From Rotaria socialis (Eukaryota), in the NCBI GenBank assembly GCA_905331295.1, contig CAJNYD010000050.1:62001-126000 (forward strand): a stretch of DNA of 64,000 nucleotides, given 5' to 3'. The first letter of the stretch is position 1. Every line of letters begins with the position of its first letter. Shown in pieces: positions 29,001-41,718 of this stretch. The notes under the pieces were generated by a model that saw only the letters and a program-made list of their open reading frames with translations, had not been told where the DNA came from and did not search any database. The translations under genes and the position numbers were made by a program.

Positions 29001-32000
29001 CGATCTTGAAGTAGACGCATTTCAATCGCATGACATTACTCGTATCATTCTCAATTAGTAATATACGAGGATACTGGCCTGTTCTTTTGCGTTTGAATTC
29101 TTAATTTTATCCGGAGACACAGAACGACAAAGTGTATATTTCAAAGGATTCAAAAGAAAAAAGAACGGTTATTAATCTCGAAAAGTATGTTTTTCATAGA
29201 GTAATAGAAATAATTCGTTCATTCAACAAAAAAGAAAAGAAGAAGAAACGAACGAGCACTGTGACATTATCAGTTTTTTTTTTCAAACAAGAAAAGCCAA
29301 CAGTTAGACTGCACCTTTGTCAAGGATTATGAATTACCTAAACAGAGAAAAATAGCGATAAAGATTTCCCATCTTTCCAGAAAAAAAAGTATCTTTTTGT
29401 AATAGACGCCGCGAGAGATCTTCAAAGATTTAATCAAGTTTTTATCAACAAACTTGATCTTACTTTTTTTCGAATTTGTTTGATCGAAAAATTTTCCATG
29501 GTTGAATTTAAAGGATAGACGTATTTGTAACTAATTTTTCTCATATTTTCGATAGGAAAAGCGTCGGATTTCTAATGGTTTCTATTGTCAGAATATTTCA
29601 ATGATGATCCATAGGAAATTGGCTTCCCTCGATAAATTAATAATGTCTATGACGACTTGATATGAAGTGACTTATATTATTGCTTCAATTTCTAATCATT
29701 TCATCAGTCTTTAATTAAAATGTTTTATTTCCCTGCAACAATCCGATTCTGAATGCATAGTAGAGAGGCTACATCTATGCAAGAAAGTTTTCCCCTGTAT
29801 ACCAAGAAAATGAAGTAACAAGTCGGTAGAGCAGTTAAGGCAGAGAATTTAATCTTATAATTTCTATAATAGTGAATAGTTATTTTGATTTTGAAGAACT
29901 TCAAATTAGTTTTCATTATTTGATTGCAAGATTTTAAATATCATTTGCTAATCATTAAAGATTCGGAGTCTACGAAGAGCTCTGTTTTTCTGGTGTTTCC
30001 ATTGAGATCCTTAATTTTCAACGCATAAGCGCATATTGCTTAGTATTAATCAAAGTCTGTTTTAATTTTCATTACATTCAACAAGATTATATACTTTGTA
30101 CAATTAGTATCTTGATAAAAACTCAACGAGAGAAAAAAATCTTTGAAATCCGAATAAATGTAATCATTTACTAGTTTCATTTGAAACATTACAATATGCT
30201 TATTGAAACTGTGTAGCTCGATATCTTGTCGAAGTAAATTGAATCTTCAACATTATATTTATTCCTCTGTTTTTCTATCATCATTCTGTTATTAAATAAT
30301 GAATTTTAATTTCTAGCTTCATGGTTATACTAAGAAGTTCAACGATATTTGGTACTATTCAACTACAGCAATATCTGTCATAGCTGAATACATGTCTAAG
30401 TTAGTTTTTTGTTGTTGCTCGAAATGAATAGTAATTGAATTATTTTCTATTCTCTTAGATTTCCTGAAATTGTTTCTGAAATAGAACGGAAACCAAACAA
30501 AGAGAATTATTTAGAAACGAATATTTGGCAAGACAAAAATGGGTATTTATAATGTTTTTTTCTTTCGTTTTTTGAAAGATGACATTATCTTCATTAATGA
30601 TTTCATATTTGCTTATTTTCTAGAAAGCATGAAATACAACAAGTTCGTATATGGATTAAAAGTTTACCAACGTATTCAATGCAAATGACAGATGCTACTT
30701 GGCAATTACTTGATACACACGTTGTAAATGAAATACAAAATATGGTTAAATCATTTTATGCAGTAAATATCTATATATCTATCTAAAGAAAAAGCATTTT
30801 TTGATTTCTTTTATTCCTAGAAACGTCAAGCAAAAACTCTAACTGAAAAAATCAAACTGGTACGTTTTGAACCTCATTTGTTATTTAAATCGGACGGATT
30901 ACTTGGTATGTGTGATCCAGATGTTAAAGCAGATTTTATGCTATTGGATCGTGTTGTTAATGTTCGTCCTGATACAGGTGTACCCATTGGTGCACGTGGT
31001 ACAATTATTGGCATTATGTATGGTCGTACGAATTTAGATACGTACTATGAAGTTTTATTTGATACTTTATCTTCAAATACTCTCGATACTATATTACTTG
31101 GTAAAAATCAACAAACATGTCGTATTAAAGTTCGTTCATATCATTTACTTAATTATTCTCATTCACTTCGATACCGTTCAATCAATTATCAACAACAGCA
31201 ATCTTTACCTTCAAGTTATTTGTACGAACAACGTTCATTTAATCAAACATCAACATATCGACAACAGCCAGCAGAGTTTGTAAAAAAGGATTCAAGTAAT
31301 GACAAAACATTGAAAACACCAAAATCAGCACCGGCATCAGCTACGCATCACGAATCATATTTTGCTCAAGTCAAAGAACAAAAATCAACGACCGATGATC
31401 CAACACTGTCTCCTTTATCAGCAGAACCACTAACACAATCTTCTGTTTCAAATGAAAATATTTCCTCCGTTCCTTCACAAGTCAAAAGTACACTTAATCC
31501 AAACGCAACATTTACACCAAGAAGTGCTATGGCACCAACAGGAACGCCTATGACACACTTTTCTTCAAATCTAACAGCTGATTCTTTAATATTTCATCCT
31601 ATGCAAAATTTTAATCAGTCGCAAAATTCTTTTCAACAACCAACATATGAAATGATTTCATCAACACCAATTCAAAGTTCGAATCCGCAAACGTTTACGC
31701 AGCAAGGATGGGGACCTATGTTATATCCTAATCCAGGTACGTGACTAACTTTTGGTCTTGTTAAGACGTCTTTTTTAAATGATATTTTCTTTCAGTAATG
31801 AATGAACCCATCGGAAACATGTCACAAGTGCCAATGTATGGTGCTACAATGGCTTTTAATCAATTTGGCCCTGGTACCTATGCTCAACCAAATAATCCTG
31901 ATTCTCAAGGAGTGTATCATGCCTATCCCATTGGACCTATGATTAATCCTATGCCATTAAATTATGAACAACAATTGCCAATGCAAATGCAAATGCAAAT

Positions 32001-32100
32001 GCAGAATTTTAGTATAAATCAAGGTCAGCCCCAACAAAATCCTTATTTGTCTTATGATCCTTCAACATTACAAACTCAACAAAAGAATACAAAATATTAG
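23028..32100 (+). CDS. XRN1: 5'-3' exoribonuclease 1, multi-exon
   Basis: [91 protein letters not shown]1-type C-terminal domains ([33 protein letters not shown]) and Q/P/M-rich tail. Confidence 0.95.
26365..26970. mobile_element. Degenerate MITE (hAT-like) in XRN1 intron
   Basis: Imperfect TIRs TAGAGATGTGTGGGGTA vs reverse complement TAGACATGTGCAGGGCA; internal GTAGG/GTAGA pentamer arrays; no clean TSD. Confidence 0.5.
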
Positions 32101-33227
32101 ACCAAAGAAAGCAGCTCTGTAATTTTTTCCATCCCAAGGTGCTACATAATATATCGAAAAACTTATGAATAGAAGCGAAGAAAATTTGAGCAACTATTAT
32201 ATTTTCCTATTCATTTTTTTAGTATGCCTATAAACAAGAAGATTTTTCTGTCCATTGATTTTGTGATCACAGTAGTCGTTCAAACTGTGTTTTTTTTCTG
32301 TTTGCGGTTTTTGATAACAGTGCTCGAAATATTTTCTTTCATATATCTTTCAATTTCTTGAAGGCAAATGTATTTCAATACGAAATTATTTAGCTTTGTT
32401 TTATCTTTGTGTATAAATCAGCAAAAAATATTTCAAGATCGATAAACATTTGAACTTTGTGATAGTGAATATCCTTATACTAATATGTTAGTTTTTCTTA
32501 CTCAAATTTATATTCTAGATTCGAAATATCAAATAATATAAAAGTTCTTTTGTTATTATGAATATATTGGTTAAGATACGAATGTAAGATTAAATTGCAG
32601 CTGGTAATTATTAACTCGTGACAAAAATGTATTGGTTAGATTTTTTTTTTGATTATATGTAGTAATATGAATTTATTTTTAGCAATTCTATTTATAATTT
32701 TTTTAAGATGAAAATTATATTTTTTATTTTAGTCTCTATAGAATAAAATTCAAAATAATTGTTTTTTATTAATACACTTATCATTTCTCTTAGCATTAAG
32801 ATGACCTATGTTTATTTTTAGTAACTGAGAAGATAATATCGCCTGACACGATAATATCGTGGCCGATTACTTCTTTTAAAACTATAATGCCCTTTCTTGT
32901 TTTTACACAAAACCATCTTACTTAATCGATATTTCTTGAAAAATTCGAAATTGCATTAAGATATTTATATTAATATATGTAATTTTTTGAGGATTTTGAA
33001 GTCGAAGTCATCAAAGATAAATATTACTTTTTAGATTTTCATAATCACGAGCTTCGTTGAAAAACTTTTTCAATTAGAAATCATTTCAATCAACTATTTT
33101 TACACTAAAAGACTTCATTCATAGCAACGCAATTAAACAATCAGAGGCGTAATCATAAAAAACATTATCAATGAATCGTATATTGTCAAATATCAATTTA
33201 ATAATGATTCTATATTTTGTTTTTCAG

Positions 33228-35247
33228 ATGACTAGTAGTACAACTGCAACATCAAGTGCATTAATCGATTCACAATTAGATTGTGCACTCGATTTAATGC
33301 GACGTCTGCCTCCGCAACAAGTGGAAAAAAATCTGTCCGATCTTATTGATCTTGTACCTGATTTAACTGAAGAACTATTAGCTGCTGTTGATCAACCGCT
33401 TAAAGTCGTTCGTGATCGAACTGTTGGCAAAGATTATCTATTATGTGATTATAATCGTGATGGCGATTCGTATCGATCACCTTGGACCAATACATATGCG
33501 CCACCTTTTGATGGTTTGTTTGTTTGATTGATTGATTGATTGATTAGAATTTTTCTTGGTGAGACGACAAATTTTTATTTAGCATAAGAGAATCATTTTA
33601 TCAACAATGATTTTAAACGATAAAATGAAAAAGGTAATCTCAAATTAAGAGCTTGAATTGATGAAAAGCTTTCAAATGGAAATAAAAGTTTGAATTAGAG
33701 AATAGAATAAGATTTATTTTCTTCTACTTTTTGTTTTATACATAGATTTATTAATTAAAGTAAAGTTTTTCCAGATGTAAAAAGTTCTTGTAGTATTAGT
33801 GGAGTGTATGATCTTGCAGTATGAATGTACTTAATCAACAGCTATCTTTGGAAAACATCCTTGCAATCAAAACTTCATCATCAGTTGCAGACCCTCTGAT
33901 GATATCTTAATTGCTAACGGATGTGACAGAAACAATTGTTATTTATATCTTGTTATATTTATTGACTAGGAACTTATTTTCAAAAGTGGCGCTCTTTTTG
34001 TTTTAATTTTCAAGAAAGTATACCATTGCTTATGTATATATAAATAGCACTCGCTATTGCTATTAATACATTTTGAAAATGGTAATTGAAAGTTTTTTCG
34101 GATGTTCAGAAAGATGATATACTCAAGCGATAATAATAGTTCGATATTTAAATCCACATTCTCTTGAATGGCTTACATATATATATATATATATATATGT
34201 GATATTGACGATTAACAGAAAGTTTTCAACGTATGATTATTGTGTTTAGTGATAGACAGGATATTGTACAATGCTACGCTAAGATGTTATTTTTATTGAT
34301 AGCCAAAGTTGTTTTCTAAAAAAAGACATGGCCAAATACTCAGTCAAACAAGAAATTTCTTTTAATAGTACTCAAGTATAGGGGTAAAATCTTCGTACTA
34401 GGATGATCATTAAAGTGGAGTGCTGTAGGACTTCATACTCATTCATTAAAATAATAATGAAGATAAGTTGATCATTATTTTCTATTGTTAATAAAACTCA
34501 CAACATAGAATTTGAAGAATTTAAATCTTGAACTAGAAGGGATTTTACAAAAATTTTCTATTTCTATTTTTGAAGATCACATGCAAACATTGTCTTTTCT
34601 ACATTGATTGATGTGATATTTAAAAGAACGATGCTCTATTTCAAATTTGAAACGAAGACAGGTTTTTATCTTTAGGAAATCTTCCGTCGGATCGTCTTCG
34701 TCATTTGGAAATAGAAGCAAATCAAGCATTTGAACAATATCGTGAAATGTATTTTGAAGGTGGTGTTTCATCTGTTTATTTTTGGGATCTTGAAAATGGT
34801 TTTGCTGGTGTTGTACTTATAAAAAAAGTTGGCGATGGTAGTAAAAAAATAAAAGGTTGCTGGGATTCAATACATGTTATTGAAGTACAAGAAAAACAAA
34901 GTGGTCGAACAGCACACTATAAATTAACATCAACAGTCATGCTTTGGTTACAAACACATAAAACGATGTCAGGTATGATGAATCTGGGTGGAAGTTTAAC
35001 ACGACAATTGGAAGCTGATCATCAAATCACAGAATTTTCTCAACATATAATTAACATTGGAAAAATGGTTGAAGAAATGGAAAATAAAATTCGACAAACG
35101 CTTAATGCCATTTATTTTGGAAAAACAAAAGATATTTTAAATAGTTTAAGAAATTCAGAAAGTGCTCAAAATCGTGCACGCTTGCAGCAAGTTAATTTTA
35201 CAGGTGAATTACAATCAGCACTCAATCGTACAAAACCAACGGAATAA
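33228..35247 (+). CDS. CAPZB: F-actin capping protein subunit beta; exons 33228-33513, 34676-35247
   Basis: [70 protein letters not shown]. Confidence 0.97.
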
Positions 35248-35527
35248 TAAATCGAAATCAACCTATTTTCTCCAAAACAAAAATTATTTTTTCTCTCAAA
35301 GAATGAATCAAATACATTCTCAACTCTTCTCTAGATCATTTTTCTTAGATTTACTTGTTTCATCTAGCAAAGCGTTCTGGCTTATATGTTACTACTCATT
35401 GCTTATATGCATGCTTCATCATATAACTAAAATAAAACATTACATTTCTTTTTTCTTTTCTCTTTTTTTTGTAAAAATCTACACATCATAAATAAAATTT
35501 TTTTATAGATTTTGTTATTCGTTAAAG

Positions 35528-38500
35528 ATGCCTAAGAGAACATCAACTCCATCAAAAATGAATTTATGTTCAGTAAATTCAGAAAAACATCATTCAGTTC
35601 CACTAAAATCAAAGAAAAAAGCCATGTGCATTCAGGCAAATATAATTGAAAAAGATTCAAAAATTATAAATATATTCCATGATGTTGATGATATTATAAT
35701 GAGAGGAAAATATATGAATGATGTTGACTTCGAAAATTTTGTTCAAGGTAAATAAAAAATGATGTTAAATAGTGTGTTTCATTGAAAATCTAACGAAAAA
35801 TAATTTCTATACTATTGAGATTTTAACCGTACTACAATCTCCTATTTCGATTCAAATAGAATATCCTAGGGAATAACGGCTATATGACGTACGAATACGA
35901 AGGAACCAATCTTTGACTAAGCTATATCTTTTTCTCTGGAGAAGTGATTCAAAATTTTACCTACATAAATTCCGTGTTTTACAGAGTACAAGTTCGTATG
36001 AGATGTGTAAGAGTTAGCTGGGTGCGTCTCATAGATGGAACCGGTCGAGTTTTTCTGCCCGAACAGGACCGGACCGGTCTATAATAATGCTAAAACTGGC
36101 AAAAACCGGCAAAAAAACCGGACCGGTCTATATTAATGCTAAAACTGGCAAAAAACCGGCGGGTCTTTTCATGTAGTTTGACCAAATTTCAGTATTTCTG
36201 CGTATTTGTATGTATTTATATGTATTTCAGAAATACAGTAATATGTAAAAATAAATTGGAAATACATAGAAATTCGTAAAAACACTTAGAAATACTTTCG
36301 AAATAGATAGAAATATGAAAATACAGAAATACGATTTTCCCCCTTTGAGTTTGAATTGTCGAAAACAGTATAAATGTAGTTTTGAAAGTATAACTCATAC
36401 TTCAAATATTAGAGTATCGCCTTTCACATACTCTATAAGACTATGCAACTGCTGCATAGTCTTATAGAATTAAAATAACACAAATTTTGTATAATATCAT
36501 TTACAATTTAAGATTAGAATTTTATATTATCCACATGAAAATCTTAACTGTCCTTGTTTACGTCATCTACAGACCAAATATTTGATGTTCTATAGAAATA
36601 TGACTAAAAAGTTGCGCAGACCGGCCGGTCTGACATCTCCGCCCGGACCGGTTCCATCTATGGTGTAGATTCGTTCTTCAAATAGGAAATATATATTTAT
36701 CCTTGAAACTTACAATTTTTTTTTCAATTAGAAAGAGGAAACATCGAATGGTTGTTATTCGCTGGATCCAGTTGTTGGAACGGTGGAATCCGGACTCCAT
36801 ACCCGGTTCAAAAACGACCAGATCCTGGCTACGTATCTACATCGGAAACTATTCATATTCCTTCGTTTCCGATCGTCAAAAGGAACCGATCGGAAAAGTA
36901 CTCCGGAATCCTGCAGTAAATGGAAACCATCGGAAACGTAGTACGGAATCCTGTTGTAAACGGAAACCGTATCCGCTTATCAGTTCCGGAGCCAGGAGTT
37001 AGCGGGAAATACTCTGTAACCGGAGACCTGAAAACGTTTTGGAATACTGCTTCCGGAATTCGATGGAAAATCACCGGATCAGACTGTTTCCCACCGTACG
37101 TATTTGACCTGGGAGATGAATATATGTTGCATTTTTAGTATTTATTTTACAGAATATATGTCTTTCAAACTGATAGGTGAACCATAACTAACTTTATACA
37201 AACGATATTTTTTGAATAATAATTTCGTTTAGTGTCTTGTGTCGAAACAATAGCTATTTTTTTCTTATCAAAACCAATAAAATTTTGTCGAACTTATTTA
37301 GGTGAATTTATTAATAATGGCAAACATTAGTTTTGAAAAAAATTAAAGCAAGAAAGAAACACCATTATTAATGTTATCATTTAAGAAAAAAATTGAAACA
37401 AAGGCAGAATGATTGTAATAAAGGTCATTGAATGGGGGAAAAGTATATTAATTTATGCTTCTTATAGCTTAGCAAATTTTATGACACGATTAGCACCGTA
37501 CTCAGGAACGTATACATTCTGTTGTGAATCTAATTTAACATCATATGGACCAACCAAAAGTGTTCCACCAGTTCCATTTCCTGCAATAGTAACACCTGTC
37601 AAACTACCATGGCAGAAAAATTGAATTCGATTATTGCCGCGATCATTTACATAAAGATTTTTCCACTGATCTAGTGTTATTCCCGTTGGACCATTTAACT
37701 TATTTGTACTGGATCCGACACTTCCAGAAACTCCAGCTACAATCGTACCATTTGACGCACCCGCTTTCCACTTAACCACTGTAGAGGCACCGTTATTGGC
37801 AATATATAAGTCTTGATTTGCTTCATCATAATAGAGACCAGCAGGTGAATACAACAAGTTTGTTGTTAAGCCTGATGATGAAAAAGAAAAGTGACAAGCT
37901 TGTAATCGTATATTTAACTGTTTCTTGATTCGGCTTTCAAATTCAATAGTACATATATCATATAGCCGATGCTGACTCAAACGAAAGCAAGGCGAAACTA
38001 TGCAGGCGATAAAAACTACTCAACTTTAGAAGAACATAAACTAGCTACGTAAATGAACCCTCATCTGCTTTTCGCCAACGATCAACTCACCCATACAAGT
38101 GACATCTTCTTGTGTAAACATCAAGAAAATAAAATGGTACTCATTTAAAATGAAAATGATTATTCGAAAGCTTCAAATATCTGTTTTTGAATGCTGTTCT
38201 TCGCACCGCATTCTGTAGTCCATCACGAGTTTTTAAAGTGACGTCATGAAAATATGTTAGCCACTATAATCTATTCATTTACAGCTGATCTAAGATAATG
38301 AATCATGGATATAATTAATCGATCAATCGAAATCGGTCTTTAAGAATGTATCGCTAAGTAAGAATAGAGTTTCCTCAGTGATGAATTTCATCATGTCGAC
38401 ATAAAAAGTATTCAAGATTTCTCTGAATTGAAGATTTTTTGTGAAGCTCCGATTCGAGCTTCGCATCGCATTTCGTATTCCAGTGAAACTTGAATATACC

Positions 38501-41500
38501 ATCTAGTTTCTTTCTGACTTGAATACGCATAAAAAATTCTCATTAAGTGACGCGACGATCTACAGAGCCATAAATGATAGAAAATCCGTTCAAACTAGAT
38601 ATGAAAGTTTCAAGATCGAATTTGTTACATTTTTTTTCAAATTTTCAATACTAAGTTTCGTTCGCCTAAAAATATCATTCAAAAATGATGATTTTGTAAG
38701 GTTTTTATCGTTAGAGAGTTTCGAGATAATTAAAATGATGTCATCAAGCAATAGTAGTCAATAATCTATTTCTTCGCATCTGATCTAAGATAGTGAATCA
38801 TTGAAATAATTTAATGTTCAATCAAAAGGGTTCTCTAGGATTATGGTGATAATCACGAAAAAAACGTTTTCTCAGCCATGAATTCTATTATGATTACTTG
38901 AGAACAAAAAAAAATGTAATGATTTTGTGAACGAGGAAACGCTTATTGTTCCATAAATATTAACGAAAGAAAAAAAATCGGAATTAAGGCCCCCCTTCAA
39001 CAAAAGTCGATTTTCGTCAAAAAATTGAAAATTGAGATAACACCATGGGGTGATAGCCCATGTTCTGCTCTTTCAAAATCACTATAATTTTTTTTTCCAA
39101 AGACTATTTTTTGACCGAAATTTGTAGTGATCTTTGAGAGGTCCTCTATGTCAAAAGCGGCAGTATAATTAAGTCTTTGATCTCTAATGACTGATTAATT
39201 AATTAATTAAGCGCTCAGCGTGTGCAGAATTAAAAGTTGCGTACCAAAGTTAGGTCAGTTTCCTCAAAAAACGCGTGGAAATTGCAGAAAATTTAAAAAA
39301 ACAGCAAAAACTTCGAAAAAATGTTTTTATGTTTTTCTCAAAATCATGTTTTTCCATTTTCCATCCAATTTCTCATGCTTTCAACTATGTTTTTTCGANN
39401 NNNNNNNNNNNNNNNNNNNNNNNNNNNNNNNNNNNNNNNNNNNNNNNNNNNNNNNNNNNNNNNNNNNNNNNNNNNNNNNNNNNNNNNNNNNNNNNNNNTC
39501 ATTTACAATTTAAGATTAGAATTTTATATTATCCACATGAAAACCTTAACTGTCCTTGTTTACGTCATCTACAGACCAAATATTTGATGTTCTATAGAAA
39601 TATGACTAAAAAATTGCGCAGACCGGCCGGTCTGAAACCTTCGCCCGAACCGGACCGGCCGGACCGGTTCCATCTATGGTGCGTCTCGTTGGCCTTCACA
39701 CTAATTCAAAATTCATTTTGATGAACACGACAAATTGAAATGTCAGACAGTATGATAAAAACGTTTATTTCTGTTAATCTTGTATATTAATTAGTTTTAT
39801 ACAAGTGGTTATACTACTCAAATAGACAGCCGCTTCCAAGCAAGAGTTTTAAGCGTTCTAATCAACACTTCTGCTTGATTTATTTCTATTTCTATTGATA
39901 TAATGTCAAAATAATGTACTTGTATTCAAGACATCTGTGAAAACACTGAAACAGACCGTTTCACATTTGGAAAATGTTGCGAAAGTTTTCTCAGGGCATT
40001 TTTGACATGAAAAAAATAAACTACATGTCTTTCATTGTGACATGTCACAAAGTTGCAAGAGAAACATGTGCACATTCTTCGGATTTAGAAGTTGCTTGTT
40101 TATGTATGTGCATGCATTTTTTCATCACGAATGTGGTCAGGTTGATATTTTCTAGGAGGAAACTCTGGAAAGTCGTGAAAACACGTCTTCAGAAATGTAT
40201 TCTCTAATGGGATAGTTGAAAACTAAATGTAGACGTATCAATTTTCACTATTACGTTTCTTATTATTCCATTGACTGGTATTTTAAACCATTCTTTAGTA
40301 GCAGTGATAAAATATAGATGGTAGAGATCAACTAAAATAGTAAAGAAAAATAACTACTACTGAAATAATTATGATCACTTAACAAGACGAATCTTGGACC
40401 TCAGAGTACACATATTTCATAAAAAAAGTTATTTTTTATTATGACCTGTGCATAATCTGCATTAGAATATTACTATTATCTCATAGAAAATAAATAGGTC
40501 TTGATAGTCAGAATTCTCTAAAGCTTATCATTCCACGATTGTTTAGTCAAGTAAATTTCCTATTGAGATAAGAACGTTTTCTTAGTTTGTTTGTTTGTTT
40601 CGATGATATTATTTTATCTCCTATAATCATATTTATTTCATTTTTAATCTGTTGATAATGAAGACAATTTTCCAACAAGCAAAGAAAACATCTTACCCAC
40701 AAACTATCACAGATAGAAATACTTTTCCTATTTTAAATTGAACCAAAACAAAAACGCTTCTAAGTATGATGTTATCTGTCCACATTACTCAAATATATGA
40801 AGTAATTTCTTCATAATCTCCAAACTATCATCCATCCCATATTTGAACTGACAATAAATATTTAAGTTCCTATATTTTCACTAGCAAATGCATAACTTGA
40901 TGAATTATGATTACACAATGATTTATGATTGTTTCTTTTATTAATATTAGAATTATGTATTTAAAGCATTATAAAACACGGAGATCCTATTGAAAATAAA
41001 TCTTAAATAATGAATAATTTTTCATGTTATATTATTTTTTTCCGATTAAACAGACTATTTTTATAAATTAAAAACTTTTCACCTACTAGATCCTCTTTTG
41101 TGATTAAAAAGAAAACCTAAACCTACTTTGTTAATCATAGAATTTTGACAATACTTCTTACTATTTTTATCTCTTCGTTTATTATAGTTCATGCATCAAC
41201 TTCTTATTGGAAGATATTGGCTGAACGTACTCGTATAAAGCTTGAAGAGCAAATAAGAGAAAACCGACAAGTATTAAAAAAAATATATATTAAAAACGAA
41301 CGAAGATCTTTTTCTTTCTTTTCTTATAGCTTCATGAGTTATATGATGAATTAATACAAGAAAATGAACAGTTACAAGTTAAAAGTGATAAATGTGAATA
41401 TTTAACAAATATTTTTAATGTGAGTTGATTGAAAATTCAATGATTTAATATTCTTATTTTCCTAAAAATATTTTTTTTATTTTAGTCAATAATGTCAGAA

Positions 41501-41572
41501 CATGATAGTGGTCTTGAACTAAACATAACCGGCGAATCTTCCGATTCAAAACAAGAGAAATCATTTATTTAA
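35528..41572 (+). CDS. GMNN: Geminin-family coiled-coil protein, ~159 aa; exons 35528-35747, 41188-41270, 41330-41419, 41486-41572
   Basis: Spliced STSYWKILAERTRIKLEEQIRENRQLHELYDELIQENEQL..CEYLTNIF resembles geminin/multicilin [26 protein letters not shown]; phase-1 junction links exon 1 across a 5.4-kb intron. Orthology (geminin vs GEMC1/MCIDAS) uncertain. Confidence 0.72.
36802..37113. mobile_element. GC-rich putative MITE nested in the composite element
   Basis: CCCGGTTCAAAAACG vs reverse complement CCCAGGTCAAATACG (12/15 match); repeated CGGAA/CCGGA motifs. Confidence 0.4.
37462..37871 (-). CDS. NHL-repeat protein terminal exon (about 3 repeats); gene fragment inside transposon
   Basis: Acceptor TTTTTCATCATCAG then GLTTNLLYSPAGLYYD..LNGPTGITLDQWKNLYVNDRGNNRIQFF..GPYDVKLDSQQNVYVPEYGANRVIKF; no stops; no upstream NHL-coding exons visible. 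Confidence 0.75.
38984..39398. mobile_element. Probable left part of another MITE, truncated by assembly gap
   Basis: Starts TTAAGGCCCCCCTTCAAC, contains TTAATTAATTAATTAA and A/T-run structure; other end not visible. Confidence 0.3.
39399..39498. other. Assembly gap (100 N)
   Basis: Run of N. Confidence 1.
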
Positions 41573-41681
41573 TTACCGTATTCTTAGATATTTTTAACAT
41601 TTGAGTTGAAAACAAGTATAATGCTTTAAATGAATTTTATGCATACATAACATTAAAATGTCAGATTTTCATGTTTTTTTT

Positions 41682-41718
<37 letters not shown>

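Larger units (their letters stand above)
36030..39678. mobile_element. Composite non-autonomous hAT-type element with cargo (Pack-like)
   Basis: TIR CATAGATGGAACCGGTC at 36030, inverted GACCGGTTCCATCTATG ending at both 36662 and 39678; 8-bp direct repeat GTGCGTCT at 36022-36029 and 39679-39686 flanks only the outer ends; 36497-36662 duplicated at 39499-39678. Confidence 0.85.

Noticed and set aside
23028..32100. XRN2/Rat1 assignment
   Set aside because: Long C-terminal extension with XRN1-type domains and no XRN2 zinc knuckle.
36703..37138. Three overlapping ORFs in GC-rich segment
   Set aside because: Open frames due to a GC-rich repeat; no protein motif recognised.
39220..39721. ORFs spanning the N gap
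   Set aside because: Artefacts of Ns and MITE sequence.
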